Part shown: positions 49,850-64,000 of the stretch, one piece after another | Layout of the letters: every line of letters starts with the position of its first letter | How positions within the stretch are numbered: the first letter of the stretch is position 1 | Assembly (NCBI RefSeq): GCF_000143415.4 | Contig: NW_003314454.1 | Coordinates: forward strand, 16,096-80,095 | DNA: 64,000 nucleotides | DNA from: Selaginella moellendorffii | Taxonomy: Eukaryota; Plantae; Lycopodiophyta | Reading direction: 5' to 3' | Notes under the pieces: model-generated | The model's input: the letters and a program-made list of their open reading frames with translations, nothing else | What the model was told of the DNA's origin: nothing | Database searches by the model: none | Translations under genes and position numbers: made by a program

Positions 49850-52800
49850 TCAAGCTTTTGCGTCAGATCCACAGCTCTAGAAAACCCATTGCAAAGATTG
49901 CAGCTTTCCAAGATGCATGGAAGAACATCGGGGCCTGGAAGCTTTGTCTAAGAGGAGACGCAGTCGAAGGTTGAGAACCTGTTTGCTTGCAAGAAGCAGC
50001 TGCTAGTTACGACCAAGGGATCAAGTGAACTAGACTTGAGCGGTAAGACAGGTCACAATACAATCCATGTTTTAATTGTCCTGACCTGGCATAGCAAGCG
50101 CTTGTTTTCCAGACTTTGTCTTTGTTGTAGTGTATATATTCAAGACTCCCAATTCTTTACCTTGACTATGTCATTCCAGTGAAAATATCCTAGTTTTTAA
50201 AGTCTCGGTGTCAATGCAACTTAAGTTACTTAAGTTGAACTTAAGTCTTGGTGTGCAATTGCTCTTTAGCACATTGTTTTCATTGATTTTGTTCATTGGG
50301 CAACAGCACAGTGCATCATACTTCTGCCTCTGCTTTCATACCTTTTACCAATAATATCATTTTGCAATCTGGCATTCCCAAAAGGAGATCACCATAATCA
50401 CTTGTACTTTCATTTTTCATACTGTTTTGAATTTTCTTAAAATTAATTTATTATTCATGAGCACAATATTCAAATTACACAACATTATAGTAATGTTTGT
50501 TTCAAACAATAATGACAATAATCTTCCCAGGCATTTTCTAAGTGTAAATCACTCAGTGTTCATCAACCTTGTCAACCTCGTTCATCAAAGAAACACATCT
50601 TTCTATTTACCAAAGGAAATAATAAATCACTTGATTGAGTTATTTCTTGATTACGCAGACTACAAAGCTAGCCTCATGCCAGGCCTGGGAATTTGACTGA
50701 AGCAAGTTTCCATGAAGACGATCGTGTAAACCTGCTAAAATTAAGAAAGTTGGATCATGTAAGATCTACATCTTGGCCATTTGTTTTTGTAAATGATGAC
50801 TAAATGGCCTTTTTGTGATTGTTGCAGACCACCATCCCAAAACCTGTTTCAGAAGCTATCTCCAAGACCATCTCAGAAGCCATTGAGTCTCATGTTGAAG
50901 AAGTGGGGATCAAAGTGTTTAGATTCCAGTGACGCTGACCAAGACAAGTGAATTGAAGGAACGGTTTTGCCCTGAAAACTTATTACAACCCACATACAAT
51001 AAACATAATTTCAAATTATGATAGAAACCACTTGAACCCACACCGTGCAGAAAGTAGATTTACTCATCAAACTTAAAAACTACTCCGAACACCATATAAA
51101 AAGCCACCAAAATCACATTTACCTGATCAAATACTGGACCTAATAGTACATGCTGCAAATTATTTCTGAAACCAGTTATCTGGCTTTTTTTGGTGGTGTC
51201 ATGGGATGGGATCGGTTTCTCCCAGTGTGCTGTCAATCAGCCTCGTTGGTGATGGCCCCTTTTGGTTATTATAAATTGTTATTATATTACCATGGGTAAA
51301 AATAAAACTCCCCTGAGGATGCTATAAGTGGCTCTGTAGTTATTTAGCAGCACTAGTGGCTCTCTAGTTATTTAGCAGCACTAATATAGTGATTTTTCTA
51401 AATCATGAGAAAGTGGACACATCTTGATAGTTATAGGTCCCATTTGGCTCAAGGTTCCATATGAAACTCAAGTAGCTTTCATTGATATCATATACAAAAT
51501 CTAACAAATAAGTGAACTTGGTCCTTATAGTGGTCTACCAATCTCCTTCCTGCTCCAAGTTTTTTTCTATTGTCACTTTCATTTTTTTCCTTTCTAATAA
51601 TTAATCCATTGCTATATGCAAAAAGAGCACTAGCTCCATCCCACTCATGAAATTCTGCTAGAAAACATAAAGCTAAACCATGCCAGCAGCACATTATCAT
51701 GGAGCAAAAGTAAGCAACTTGAGAAACTAGAGCAATGGAATGAATTATGGTTCTTTGAGATCCTCAGTGATCCTAGGATGGACATTCCAGCTAACCTATA
51801 AAACATAAAAAGACTTTTGAATGATTAACACCTGGATCTATATAATGTTTTGAGAGGATTCATCAACTTGCATATAAAGACTGTCTTAGAGCTTACTAGG
51901 CATTGGATTACATCTAGAGGCTCGTCTTGCAACTTCTACTATCCAATCTCCTTTGCAAGTCTACTACTTTATTTTTTATTTCACCAAAGAGTTTGGAGCA
52001 TATGAAATCAACTTTGCATTTAGAAACATCATCCTAAGTTTCAAGACTCGAACCTTGAGACTTAGGAATAGGAAGAAGTGGAGGTTGCCACTACATAGGA
52101 CTAACTAAGGGGGTGAATTAGTCTCTTCGAAGAAACTTGTTGAAAGTTTGTCAAACTATATCTTTATCTTTTTTGTACTCTAGCATTCTATCATCAATGC
52201 ATATCTATATGCTCAAAATCTAAAGTACTCAAGTGATGTTAACCTTGCCTTTGATCACGATCTCGACAAAGGCCTTCTTGGGGATTGAAAGACTCAACTC
52301 ACTCTTCTCTTTCATTTTCTGTGTGATTGTTTATATCTAGTTGAATTAGAGTGTAAAATCAAGTCAAGCAAGTACAGTAGTAAGTCCACTCCACTCTTCC
52401 CTTTTTTTCTCTTCCTAATTTATCTTTTGTTTATTTCTTTCTTTCACACTTAGGTTTTTAGGCCCACAAAACAACAAAGTTTTCACTGACAACCATAGTG
52501 GGATATGAGGTATTGCAAGACAAAATGGATTGTTAGTAAGAGATTTCAAGAAAAATAAAAAGAAGTAAAAAAATATAGAAAATAAAGAAATCTTGAAGAT
52601 CATGAAGAATTTTGATAGAAAAAGAGTTACCTAATTTGATTGGAGATGACAAAGATCTACTCCATAACTCTTTTCTAAACTTAAAGCAATTACAATTGAT
52701 TTAGGATAAAGACTCAAGGTTTTGATAGTCAAAAAAAGATTTTAATATTTTTTTAAAAAAATTTTTGACATTCAAGATTTAACAAAATCAAGAAAGATTT

Positions 52801-53229
52801 CTTTAACACTGAAGAAAGACTTCAACAAATGTAAAAGATTGATGAAACAACACAATTATCCCTTTTATTAAAAATGTACAAGATATAAAAATTATCTTTT
52901 TAATAGCTTTTAAAATGACACTAAACCCTGAAATAGTGTGGTTATTGTATTGTAAAAAAGACTACTCTAAAAATTAAAGATTAAGAAAAGGCTAACAAAA
53001 AAGTCAACAAGAAGGAAAATAAAGTAGAATAAAAATATGTACAAGGAAAATTACATTTTGTTTGATAATTATGCAAGAATCTAAAGCTTGACTTAGATTT
53101 ATTCAAGTTATATTTTCTTCCACACTTTCATTAATTTCTTAAGAACACATAAACAAGAAAAACTTATACTAATCATATTAGTTTTTTAAAATAAAATTTT
53201 CCGAGTGTTAACTACAACTAAGATTAGGG

Positions 53230-53777
53230 TGTAAATAACCAAAAGAAATGATTTAAGAGATGATTTATGAAGTTTAAATATAAAGGGAAAAGGCCCATGA
53301 ACAAAAATGCACCCTTTCTCCCTATTAGTTAAAGGTTTTAAGATACTTGGGGTTAAATATATTGAAGTTTAAATAGTATTGGGTTAAATGACTTCCTGGG
53401 AAGCCTAAATCCAAGAGTTTACATTTGATATCAAAGAAAGTCTTCAGTTTAACTCTGTAGTTGGCTAAAGGAATCATATCATATGTTAATTGATATTTGG
53501 TAGGTTTAGTTTGCTTTGGCTGGGCTCAACCCGAGGAGTATAGTGTCAAGAGAATGAAGTTGTGGCTCTTAGCTTCCATTCACGAAAACATAAACTTGTA
53601 GGGAAGCATGGTGAATGGTAAGTAACTAAAAAGAACGATTTAAGAGACGATCCATAAAGCCCATGAATAAAAGTGCACCCTTAATTGGTTAAAGATCTTG
53701 GGATACTTGGGGTTAAACGTCTTATAATTTAAATAGTACAAGTGATTTCCTAGGAAATCCAAATCCAAGAGCTTACA
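53230..53777 (+). mobile_element. Complete Cassandra-like TRIM (5S rRNA-derived LTRs)
   Basis: LTRs 53230-53423 and ~53617-53777 homologous to 1727-1920; Met-PBS-like TTTGATATCAAAG at 53424; ~190-bp non-coding internal domain; flanks TAGGG/TAAGG. Confidence 0.82.
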
Positions 53778-56439
53778 TAAGGTTGTAAATTTATCAACTT
53801 ATTGTAGGATAAAGATCTTGACACTCAAGAAAATGCAATGATATTACTTCAATTACTACAACGTCCAACAACACTTACTCAAGTTCATGACTACACACAT
53901 CGAAATATAGCAATACATATAAATGAAACTAGAGACTAGAGACTATGCCATGAATTAACATCAACAAGAAATCTTAAGGCTAGAAAACCTATTATAAATG
54001 AAAAATCCTAACTTTATCTTCCACCACATCTGAGAGTTCTATCACACTTGAGGGCTCAACCACAATAAATAAAAATACAAATTCCAAGATAACCATCATA
54101 TTTACAAATATGAAAACAACCTCGAATTTAAGCTTATATATAAATTTGAAGAGCTTAACCTGAAGATCTGATTCAAAGCACCAAAATTCCAATTACTGTC
54201 ACTCAGATCGATGTAAAAGATACTAACTCTCAAGTTTACAAACAAATCTAACATATTGATATTAATGCAATAACACTAATCTAATTCATCACCGAAATCC
54301 CCGTGACTAGACTACAAAACTAATCCACATTCATCATCAAGATAATTCCAAGAGAAGTTTAAAAAATTATCAAAGCTTTACAACAAAAAACTTAAGAAGT
54401 ACAAGATTACAAAGGACAACAACACAATAAAATTAGAAGAAAAAGATGCGAGAATTGAAGAAATTACAACTATGATATTCGTTGTCTTTGAATGCAGGAT
54501 ACAAAAAGACTCATGAGGGCACTCAAGGAACTCCCTCTTAAGATTCAAGAAAGAATCTTCAACTTAATCTACAACAATAAAAAAAAAAAAACCACACATC
54601 AATATATTCAAGAATCATCATCCATTGATTCAAGAATCATCATCCATTGTGAAAAATTTGTAGAAAAACAAAATAAGATAGAGCTTTACATATGGACACT
54701 CATCCTTGAGTTTTCTTGGATTTCCAATATCTATTTATATCAAAAGTATATTTGCTAAAGAGAAGAAATACAACACACATAAAATAAAGTCAATTGAATC
54801 TATAAAAGACTATTAACCTTTCTACTTTAAGAAATCAAGAAAATTATTAGACAAAGTTTTTTTCAAGGATACATCACATATGTTAGTGCAACCATATACA
54901 AATGTATATGAAATTTTGCATTGCATATATTGTGGAAATATCACTTCCTCATCTTAGAAAGTTCTTTACTGGAGGCCATTCTTATCCCCTTTATTATTTC
55001 ATGTTGCTCTAGGCATTAAGTTCCATTCATTTATAATTTGTGCTAGGGTTTTCTATGGCTATATCATTTTGCTACTCCATCTCTTGGAGCTTTCATTTTT
55101 CCCAAATTAGAGTATTTAGGAATTTCCATCCTTGGAAACATATTTCATTTACTATAATCTGTTGGCATCCATCACATGTTGGTTCCTCGCTTAACTTGTC
55201 ATTTAGATTCTTTTCAATAGTTTTTGAAGCCCATTCTCAGCCACTAGTTTTTTTCTTTTATCCTTTGATTGTTGCACCAAGTAATGTAGGATCACTATTT
55301 TTATCTTTAAGGTATTCTTTCAATTTTATAGTAAATGCTCTACTTTGCTAAATCCAAGAGTGTTCACCCCTAGCAAGTCTCCTCAACATTGTTCACTATA
55401 GCCTCTATCAATGGCCCAACCTTGCAACTCTCCCATGAGTCATTCTTTATATTCTACTTTCTTTTATATTATCACAGTTTATTTCACTTAGATGTCCTTT
55501 CCATTTTGTTACTTTGATCAAGTCACACCATTACTAAATAGTTCAAATCAACACTTTGAGTGAAAGGAATTTATCCTTGTTAAATATAGGATCACTTAGT
55601 GATCTCATGTTGATATATTAATATATCTACCAATAGGAATTAGGTCTACCAGCATCCCCCAATAAGTGATCTTAGCAAATCACTTATTCAATGTAATATA
55701 GTTCTATATATAAGCATAAAAGTCCTCAAATATTAATTTTTATTCAAAGCCATCTTTTTGAACATTCGGAAACTATTTTCCTAACCTTGATAGCCTTATC
55801 TCATGGCAAGTTTCAAGACTACGCTCTTCCTACACCACTCTAATTTCATGCATTCCTATGAATCATTTATACTTATCTTTCTATGTACTAACCTACTTAG
55901 AATTGTTTTTGGGAACATTAAAAGGACTCTACCCTTAGTTTGTTAAAGCCTTTCCTTTCACAAGTTTACTAACTACCATATGATCTAATATGGACAATTC
56001 CATACTTTATACTCTTTATAACACTACAGTTGTCAGTAGTAACACTTTGAAGCACTTTCTTGATTCTCCACTCCTAACTTACATAACCACCATTAGCTAT
56101 ACCCTTTGATTCCTATAATTTGGTTTCATCCTTTTACTATTTGCTCTTAGTTTTATACCTTTCTTTATGTTATTCTCTTCCAAGCTAAAAAGGTAACTTT
56201 GCACTTTCTACTATGCCTTAGCAAATATTTTTAAGGATAAACCTACTCCATAGTTTAGGGAGTGGTTTTTCAATTTGAATATAATCACTTTGTAATCTCC
56301 CACACCAAGATTAATATTGTTACTTATGGGCCTCAATATGCCTATTGTTAGCTATGCAGAAATTCTTTTGGCTTTATCCACTTAAGATAAATGGACCTAC
56401 TCTGTCTTTAACATTTGTCAACCTTGGATATTGAATAAT

Positions 56440-57543
56440 TGTAGCGCACGTGATTTACCATAGGATAACACCACGAAGCGGAACCTAAACCCTCTTTGTG
56501 CCACGTGATAGATGCCACGTGTCCAAAGGAACGTGGTGTGGAACCCGAGGTTTAGGGCCTTGAGCCACTGAACGAAGGAACGGTGCCAAACTCCCAAGCG
56601 TGGAGCTAAGGAGTGATGGAACCGAACCACGGAGCAACTCCTGAGCATAAAGCCTAAGGAGCAAAGGGACAGGAGCCCGGAGCGACTTAGAACAGTCCTA
56701 GAGCAACCAACATCCCAATGCCAGGACTAGCACGCAAAACAGAGCCAAACAAAGTCTGGCGCTATTTCGGCATACTGGTGGTCTAACGCAAGGACATGGG
56801 TACTCCACCAGCTAGCATGGAATGGAACTTGAGCTTAGACCCAAGTTGGACTTAGAATAAGGATAGGCACGCAAGCGGGAGCTAGACTATGCCTCAGGTT
56901 GGTCGGCCATGCCCGACCTACCCACTATCCCTACTATACATTTGGAACCCCACAGCCCCCCCCCTTGAGGAACACACGCTTTGGGCTTTCACCCCAAGCC
57001 TCCCTTAGTACTAGGAGTTAGTCTCTTGGACAACCTCGAAACTTACTAAATATGGAATGTCCCTAGATTGTGAATTTGGACATGGGACGAACACTATTAT
57101 GTTCAAGTTAATCTCTACATTCTATAGATATGCCAAATGAGCAAATCTAGATACTTTCCATAAATAGCATTTGGGACCGAAATGAGACCAACACAAAGGG
57201 CATGATAGCGAGGGTGTTTGGCAGACACGGTAAGCTATCATGTAACGATATTAAGGGACCAATCTTAATACACGAGGGTTCTTGTCAAGCTAGTGCAAGA
57301 CAGAGCAAAAGAGAACTAAAAAGCCAGGCCAAGTATGCTTAGCTAAATAGACACTTAGGAATTCCGTTCTTATGCTCATCCGGCTAAGTACAGATGCAAA
57401 GTCCAGTTTACTAACACTTGAACAAGAGGGGCTGATAAAGGGTCTAGCAATACCGACCTCTTGCCATCGTGGCAGTAAAGTAAGAGTGTCCGTAAGGACT
57501 TACTGACAGGTAACTTTCGATACCCGAAGTCACATTCACAACA
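56440..57543 (-). mobile_element. Family-1 solo LTR
   Basis: Full-length homolog of 23866-25007; flanks ATAAT/ATAAC. Confidence 0.9.
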
Positions 57544-58065
57544 ATAACACCTTTTATATATTATTCTCTAAAGGCTTAATCCTTTAGACCTTATCTAATG
57601 CCTCTATAATACCCAAACACCACTTCTTTAGTGTTTTAAAGTGCTTATATGATTTAGTGATGGACTTCTCAGGCAATGAGCATTTCTTATTATGACATTG
57701 ACCTAATATATTGCAACATAAGCACAACATTTCTTAAGGGATGTATTTAACTTCTTTCTTATTCTACAAAGAAGTCTTAAGAGGTTAACTCTTACTATTC
57801 CAACCAATTATTCCAAACCTTTACTTAGTTTCTTTATAGTTATTATGTTTTATAACTCATTGCTGGTGTTTCCATACCTCCATCAATATTTAGTACAAGC
57901 ACCTAATCCTATGCCTACTAGCTTAGGATATGCCATTTTCATTTCCATTATGGTTCTTTTGGCAAAGGGTTTTCATGAACCAATCAACTTGACTTCAACA
58001 TTATCCATTGAGACATTTAATGCCTCCACACCATCAGCTTTAGAAGCCTACCCTCATGACACTTT

Positions 58066-58912
58066 TGTAGCACACATGGTTTTTACTCTTTATCCTATGG
58101 TGATTTACTATAGGATTCCTAGAGGATCTAGGACTAATATGCAAAACAAAGCTAAATAGAGTTTGGTGTTATTTTACCATACCAATGGCATAACGTAAGG
58201 ATATGGGTACTCCACCAACTAGCATGGTGTGGAACTTGGGCTTAAATGCAAAACAAGGACAAGTACACAAGTGGGAGCTAAACTATACCTCAGAGGTTAA
58301 TTATGCCTGAACTACCTACTATCCTTACTATACATTTGGACCCCCCCCCCCCCCCCTTTAAGGCTTAGGCTTTCACCCTTAGTCAACCTTAGTATTAGGA
58401 GCTAGTCTTTGGGAGTAACTTGAAACTTACTAAATATAGAATATTAAATTGCAAATTTGGACATGAGACCAACACCATTGTGTTGAAGACAATCTCTACA
58501 ATCCATAAATATACCAAATTAGCAAATCTAGACACTTTCCATAAATAACAATTAGGATTGAACAGAACTAACACAATGTGAATGATAGTGAAAGTGTTTA
58601 ATAGACATAGTAAGCTATCATCTGATAATATTAAGGGACTAGTTTCAATACATAGGAGTTCTTATCACTAGCCAGTGCAAGACACAACAAGATGGGAACT
58701 CCTTACCAGGTTAAATATGCTTTGCTAATAGCACATAATTTATATCATTTAGTCTAAGTACATTTGAAATGCCTAGTTAACTTCACTAGTACAAGAGGGA
58801 CTGATAAAGGGTCCAATAATACCAACCTTCTGCCGTCATGGTAGTAAGGAAAAAATATCTGAAAGGATTAGCTAACAAGTAACTTTCAATACCCATAATC
58901 ACATTCATGACA
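58066..58912 (-). mobile_element. Family-1 solo LTR, older and internally deleted
   Basis: TG...CA termini, flanks ACTTT/ACTTC, many C>T/G>A changes. Confidence 0.85.
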
Positions 58913-59344
58913 ACTTCTCACTTGTGTTTAAGTCTTGCCAAAACAATAATAATCATTTCTTATGCCAATTATCAGTTAGCATTGCATTACAATACTCACA
59001 CACAACTCTTCACCATAGTTGCTTTCTTTCATGAACACATTTCCATCAAGGACAAATTAGTATAACACATTTTTCCATAAATGAGAAACCCATTGTTCTC
59101 ATACTTGGATTTCATAATCCTTTTAATCTTTCACTAAATATAATACACCTCAGTTCAAATGTGTTTCTATTAACCCTTTAGGACCATTTCTTGATTCTAT
59201 TGAGTTATTCAACTTTTGGACTTTGCTAATTTGATGACCTATAAGACTCTAACTTCATGGTTACTTTAGAGGTGCCACCAAACTTGAATACAACTTTTTA
59301 GCCTCTATGCCATGCTACTGTTGCACTAGGTTCAAGTGCTCCAC

Positions 59345-59993
59345 TGTAGCACACGTGGTTTTCACCCTTTATCCTATGGTGATTTACCACAGGATAACCA
59401 CGAAGCGAAACCTAAACCCTTCATATGCCACGTGACACATGCCACGTGTCTAAAGGACAGTGGTGCAGAACTTAAGTTTCAAGGCCTTGGGCCACTAAAT
59501 GAAGAAACGGAGCCAAACTCCCAAGCATAAAGCCAAGGAGTAAAGGCACTAGAGCATGGAACGACTTCCGAGCGTACAACATAAAGAGCGAAGGGACAGA
59601 AGCATGGAGTGACTTGAAATAGTCTAAGAGCATCTAACATCCCAATGCCAGGACTAGCATGCAAAACGGAGCCAAACGGAGCCAAACGGAGTTTAGTGTT
59701 ATTTTAGCATATTGGTGGCCTAACGCAAGGATATGGGTACTCCATCAACTAGCATGGTATGGAACTTGGGTTTAAACCCAAGCCAAATGCAGAACAAGGA
59801 CAAACATATAAGCAAAAGCTAGACTATGCCTCAGATTAGTTAGCCATGTCTGACCTACCCACTATCTCTGCCCCCCTTGAGGAACGCACGCTTTGGGCTT
59901 TCACCTTTAGCCATCCTAGGAGTTACTCTCTAGTATTAACTCGAAATTTACTAAATATAGAATGTGCGAATTTGGATACGGGACAAATACCAC
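59345..59993 (-). mobile_element. Truncated family-1 LTR joined to an oppositely oriented LTR
   Basis: Homologous to the 23866-24560 part of the LTR; orientation switches at ~59995. Confidence 0.8.
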
Positions 59994-62900
59994 CGATGAA
60001 CCTCGTGTATTGAGATTAGTCCCTCAATATCGCTGGATGATAACTTACCATGTCTGCCAAACACCTTTGCTATCATGCCCTTTGTGTTAGTCTCATTTCA
60101 GTCCCAAATGCTATTTATGGAAAGTGTCCAGATTTGCTCATTTGGCATATTTACGGAATATAGAGATTGTCCTGAACACAATGGTGTTCGTCCTGTGTCC
60201 AAATTCGCNNNNNNNNNNNNNNNNNNNNNNNNNNNNNNNNNNNNNNNNNNNNNNNNNNNNNNNNNNNNNNNNNNNNNNNNNNNNNNNNNNNNNNNNNNNN
60301 NNNNNNNNNNNNNNNNNNNNNNNNNNNNNNNNNNNNNNNNNNNNNNNNNNNNNNNNNNNNNNNNNNNNNNNNNNNNNNNNNNNCTGAGGCATAGTCTAGC
60401 TCCCGCTTGCGTGCCTGTCCTTGTTCTGCGTCCGGCTTGGGTCTAAGCCCAAGTTCCATTCCATGCTAGTTAGTGGAGTACCCATATCCTCATGTTAGGC
60501 CACTGGTATGCCAAAATAGCATCAGACTCTGTTTGGCTCTATTTTACGTGCTGGTCCTGGCATTGGGATGCTAGTTACTCTAAGACTGTTCCAAGTCGCT
60601 CTGAACTTATGTCCCTTCACTCCTTGGGCTATATGCTCGGGAGTTGTTCCGTGCTCCAGTGCTAATGCTCTTTGGCTCCATGTTTGGGAGTTTGGCACCG
60701 TTCCTTCATTCAGTGGCCCAAGGCCCTAAACCTCAAGTTCCGCACCATTGTCCTTTGGACGCATGGCATATGACACGTGGCATGTGTCACATGGCATAAA
60801 GAGGGTTTAGGTTCCGCTTCGTGGTGTTATCCTATGGTAAAACACCATAGGATAAGGGGTCAAAACCATGTGCGCTACATTTGGTATCAAAGGGTGAATC
60901 TCAGCAAGTACTATTCAATGAGATTGGGCAACTAGTCTCGTTGCATACGCAGAGATGAAAACGATGATCTGAGTGGGTACACTTTTGGGTGCAAAGGTTT
61001 TGCAATTGTTCCTTGGGTATGGATTTAGTTACCTTGTTATACCTTATGATGTGAGCTTGCTCTTGGGCTCATAGGATGGATTTGAGGTGTACCATTTTAC
61101 ATGAGTTTGTGCTTGGGCTCGTGAGTGAGGCACATTAGCAACTCGAGGTTGAGTTGGCAGGATTAATGTTAGCCTATCGGTGGTTCCATGAGTTGTTCCA
61201 GTGATTCTGTGAGTTGTTCCATGTACCATGGGTAATCTTCTCTCCGTGTTGGTTGATACAGGTTCGAGTTTATCTTCTATTGCTTGACCTGTTGCCACAC
61301 ATTGTCGTCTACATTTGCGTCGTGCGGCGGATCCAGTTTTCATTCTTTATGGCAACGGCCGTACACATGCATGTGCACGAGATGAGGCGGACCTGGTTGT
61401 GCGTGTGGGCGATCTCGAGCTTAAGTTGCAATCGTTGCGGGTGGTGCCGAGTCAAGCTTTTGACCTCATTCTTGGTATGGATTGGTTGCAGCGCGATCAT
61501 GCCAAGTGTGACTTTGAGGCTTCTCCCCCTTGTCTCATACTTCCTTATGTTTCATCCATTCCTCTCACTTCCATACCTCTTCGTCCCTCTACTTCTACCT
61601 CTGCTTCCATTACTTTTGTTCCCCCACTATTTCCTCTTGTGTTTCCATCTTGTTCTTCTCTTCCCTTTCCCAATCCCTCCGATGATCTTTGTGTTGCACC
61701 GGTTGACCGGCTCATGAAGGAGTTTTCTAATCTCTTTGAATTTGACCTATAGTCTGGGGCCAAGATTGCCACACGTCATCCCATTCCAACCGGGGATGCT
61801 CGTCCAATCAAGGTTCCTGTTCGTCGTCGGTCACCCAAGGAGATCAAGATTTTACGTGCAAACGTCAATGAGATGTTGGAGAAGGGTGTTATTTGGAAGT
61901 CGCGGAGTCCTTGGGCATGTGAACCTCATCTTGTGACGAAGCCTGATGGTAGTATTCATTTCTGCATTGACTATCGTCCATTAAATGAAGTGACGATCCC
62001 GGACGTGTACCCTCTTCCTCACACTACTGATCTCTTGGATCGTCTGGGGCGAAGTCGTTGGTTCACCAAGATAGATCTTGCTTCTGGGTATTGGCAAGTA
62101 CCGATGGCCGAAGAAGATATTCCTAAGATTGCTTTTCGTACACCATTTGGTCTGTACGAGTTCTTGGTGATGCCGTTTGGTTTGAACAATGCTCCAGCAA
62201 CTTTTCAGCGGATGATGGACGAAGTTCTTTGCGATATGCCAGAGGTGACGGTTGACTTCATTGATGATGTCTTGATCCACTCAGAGGGGACGTGGGAAGA
62301 GCACATTCGTGATGTTTGTAAAGTGTTGGATCAACTACGCGACGTTGGTTTAAAGCTGAAGTAGTCAAAGTGCGTGTTTGGGTCCAAGGACACAACTTAT
62401 CTTGGGTACCGTATTTCTTGTGAGGGTTTGCAAGTTGATCCTGACAAACTTGTAGCCGTTCTAAAGTTCCCTACTCCGAAGTGTGTGAATGATGTGCAAC
62501 GCTTTTTGGGTAAGGTGCAGTATCTCGGTCGTTTTGTGGATCATCTTTCCGATCGCACTACACCATTGCGAGCGTTGCTGAAGTCATCAACGTCATCTTT
62601 CATCTGGTCTCCGGATTGTGAGCGGGTGTTTGTGAATCTCAAAGAGCTATTGACGACTCCTCCGGTTTTGGCATATCCTGACTACACTCGGCCTTTTATT
62701 TTGCGCGTGAATGCTTCTGACATTGGTCTTGGAGGTGTGTTGATGCAAGAGAGCTCGAGTGTGCCTGGTCAGCGCCATCCCATTGCATACATAAGCCGTA
62801 CATTACAACCAGCGGAGATGAACTACTCCACGACGGAGAAGGAGTGTTTAGCAGCAATCTAGGGTTTCGAGAAATTTCATGCATATCTACATGGTTCTCG

Positions 62901-64000
62901 GACGTTATTTGAAGGTGACCATGCTGTTGTTACTTCATTATTGAAGTGGAAGAACCTGTTTGGTTGTACGGCTCGATGGGCTTTGAAGCTTCAGATATAT
63001 AATTTCGATGTTGTTCATCGCCCAGGGAGTTCTATGGCTGATGCTGATGCCCTTTCTCGAGCTCTTCTTCCTTCTTCACTCACTTCTCATGTTTCTGACG
63101 AACCTGTTGTTCCAGCATCTGTGGATTTTCTAGATGAGGATTCTGTACCGTCGGCGGTTGTTGTCCTTGATGTTCAGTGTCCACAGGGCGCAGAGCAAGA
63201 TCTACCTTCTCTTGATGAGGTTCGCGAGGCTCAAAAGATTGAGCCGTGGATTCGAAGGCTTCGAGATGGGTTTGAGAATCCTGCATCACTTGCTGATGAC
63301 TTGCCTTTCCGGCATTTACATTCTCAATATCGTCTTGAAGATGGCCTTCTTTATTTTGTGGGGACGGATCCTGATGGTCATTTACGGCTGGTGGTGCCTT
63401 CGGTGTTTATTCCACGGTTTCTCCATGCCTACCATGATTCTCCTGTTCTAGGTGGTCATATGGGACACTGTCGTGTCACCGAGAAGCTGCGCAGATCTTT
63501 CTATTGGCCAGAGATGCGACGTGATATTATCCGGTATGTGCGTAGCTGCGTTTGGTGCCAAGCTCGTAATACTCCCCCTTGTGCTGCGGAAGGACGGTTG
63601 GAGTCAATTGCAATTTCTCATTTGTTTGAGTTGGTGGCGTTTGATCTTATGGGACCTTTTCCACGATCGGCTGTTGGCAATGAGTATGTTATTATTGCTT
63701 CTGACTACTTGACTCATTGGGTGGAAGTTGGTGCTCTTGCTAGTGCCTCTGCAACTGCTGTTGGATACTTCCTCCTCAATCGAGTGGTGTTCCAGCATTC
63801 TTGTCCAGAGCGGATTCTTTCGGATAATGGTCCTGCATTTATGGCTAAGGTATTTCATGTTTTAACATCTCGGTTGGGGATACGCCACACTTTTACGAGT
63901 GCTTATCATCCACAATCAAACGGTCTGGTGGAACGGCTCGTTCGGACATTCAAAGGGATGATTGCGAAGTATGTGAATTCGTCACAGCGCTGCTTGGTCT
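59994..64000 (+). mobile_element. Family-1 Gypsy element with pol: partial 5' LTR to 60879 (N-gap 60209-60383), PBS, protease, RT, RNase H, integrase; gag not seen
   Basis: PBS TTTGGTATCAAAG 60880-60892; LVDTGSS (~61249-61269), LILGMDWL, YPLP, KIDLASGYWQ, MPFGLNNAPATFQ, FIDDVL, NASDIGLG, NYSTTEKEC, H..GGH..C..C, ILSDNG, AYHPQSNGLVER; a few in-frame stops (61749, 62362, 62860). Confidence 0.93.

Noticed and set aside
45830-51000. Scattered exon-like pieces with GT/AG borders (45895-46260, ~49870-50042, ~50828-50950)
   Set aside because: No recognisable product or consistent frame could be established.
52090-52450. Copia/SIRE-like LTR start (AAGGGGGTGAATTAG)
   Set aside because: Single short motif with no partner LTR, PBS or TSD identified.
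55600-59340. Possible CACTA-like transposase debris on the minus strand between solo LTRs
   Set aside because: Only vague similarity (GVEALNVS…GLGAC) amid many stops; not supportable.

Overview
Transposon-dense, gene-poor plant genomic window. PLS-class PPR repeats of the 'VVSWT..QGYVDNG' type and ~55-bp introns suggest a lycophyte such as Selaginella (inference). Most of it is nested retroelement debris: nine LTRs of one ~1.1-kb-LTR Gypsy family (one TSD-bounded element with no recognisable gag/pol, solo LTRs, one pol-bearing copy), AT-rich Athila/Tat-like Gypsy remnants, a Copia remnant, a deleted chromovirus-like element, a Sola-like DDE transposase remnant, a 5S-rRNA-bearing Cassandra-like TRIM with two solo LTRs, and one PPR pseudogene. 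The stand-out is a Mutator-like (MULE) DNA transposon family present as three damaged copies (A: ~4370-8645 plus 15301-16257; B: 8646-15291 with TIRs and a 9-bp TSD; C: ~28697-32203). Besides a GCM/WRKY-finger + DDE + SWIM transposase, it carries a spliced cargo gene encoding a ParB/Srx-like domain (IDGNHR..A) fused to a bacterial-style beta-class N6A/N4C DNA methyltransferase fold. The gene is preceded by an array of palindromes (CGGTTC-N6-GAACCG) conserved across diverged copies. No copy is intact, so the full gene is reconstructed across copies. All domain calls come from motifs recognised by eye; no searches were run.
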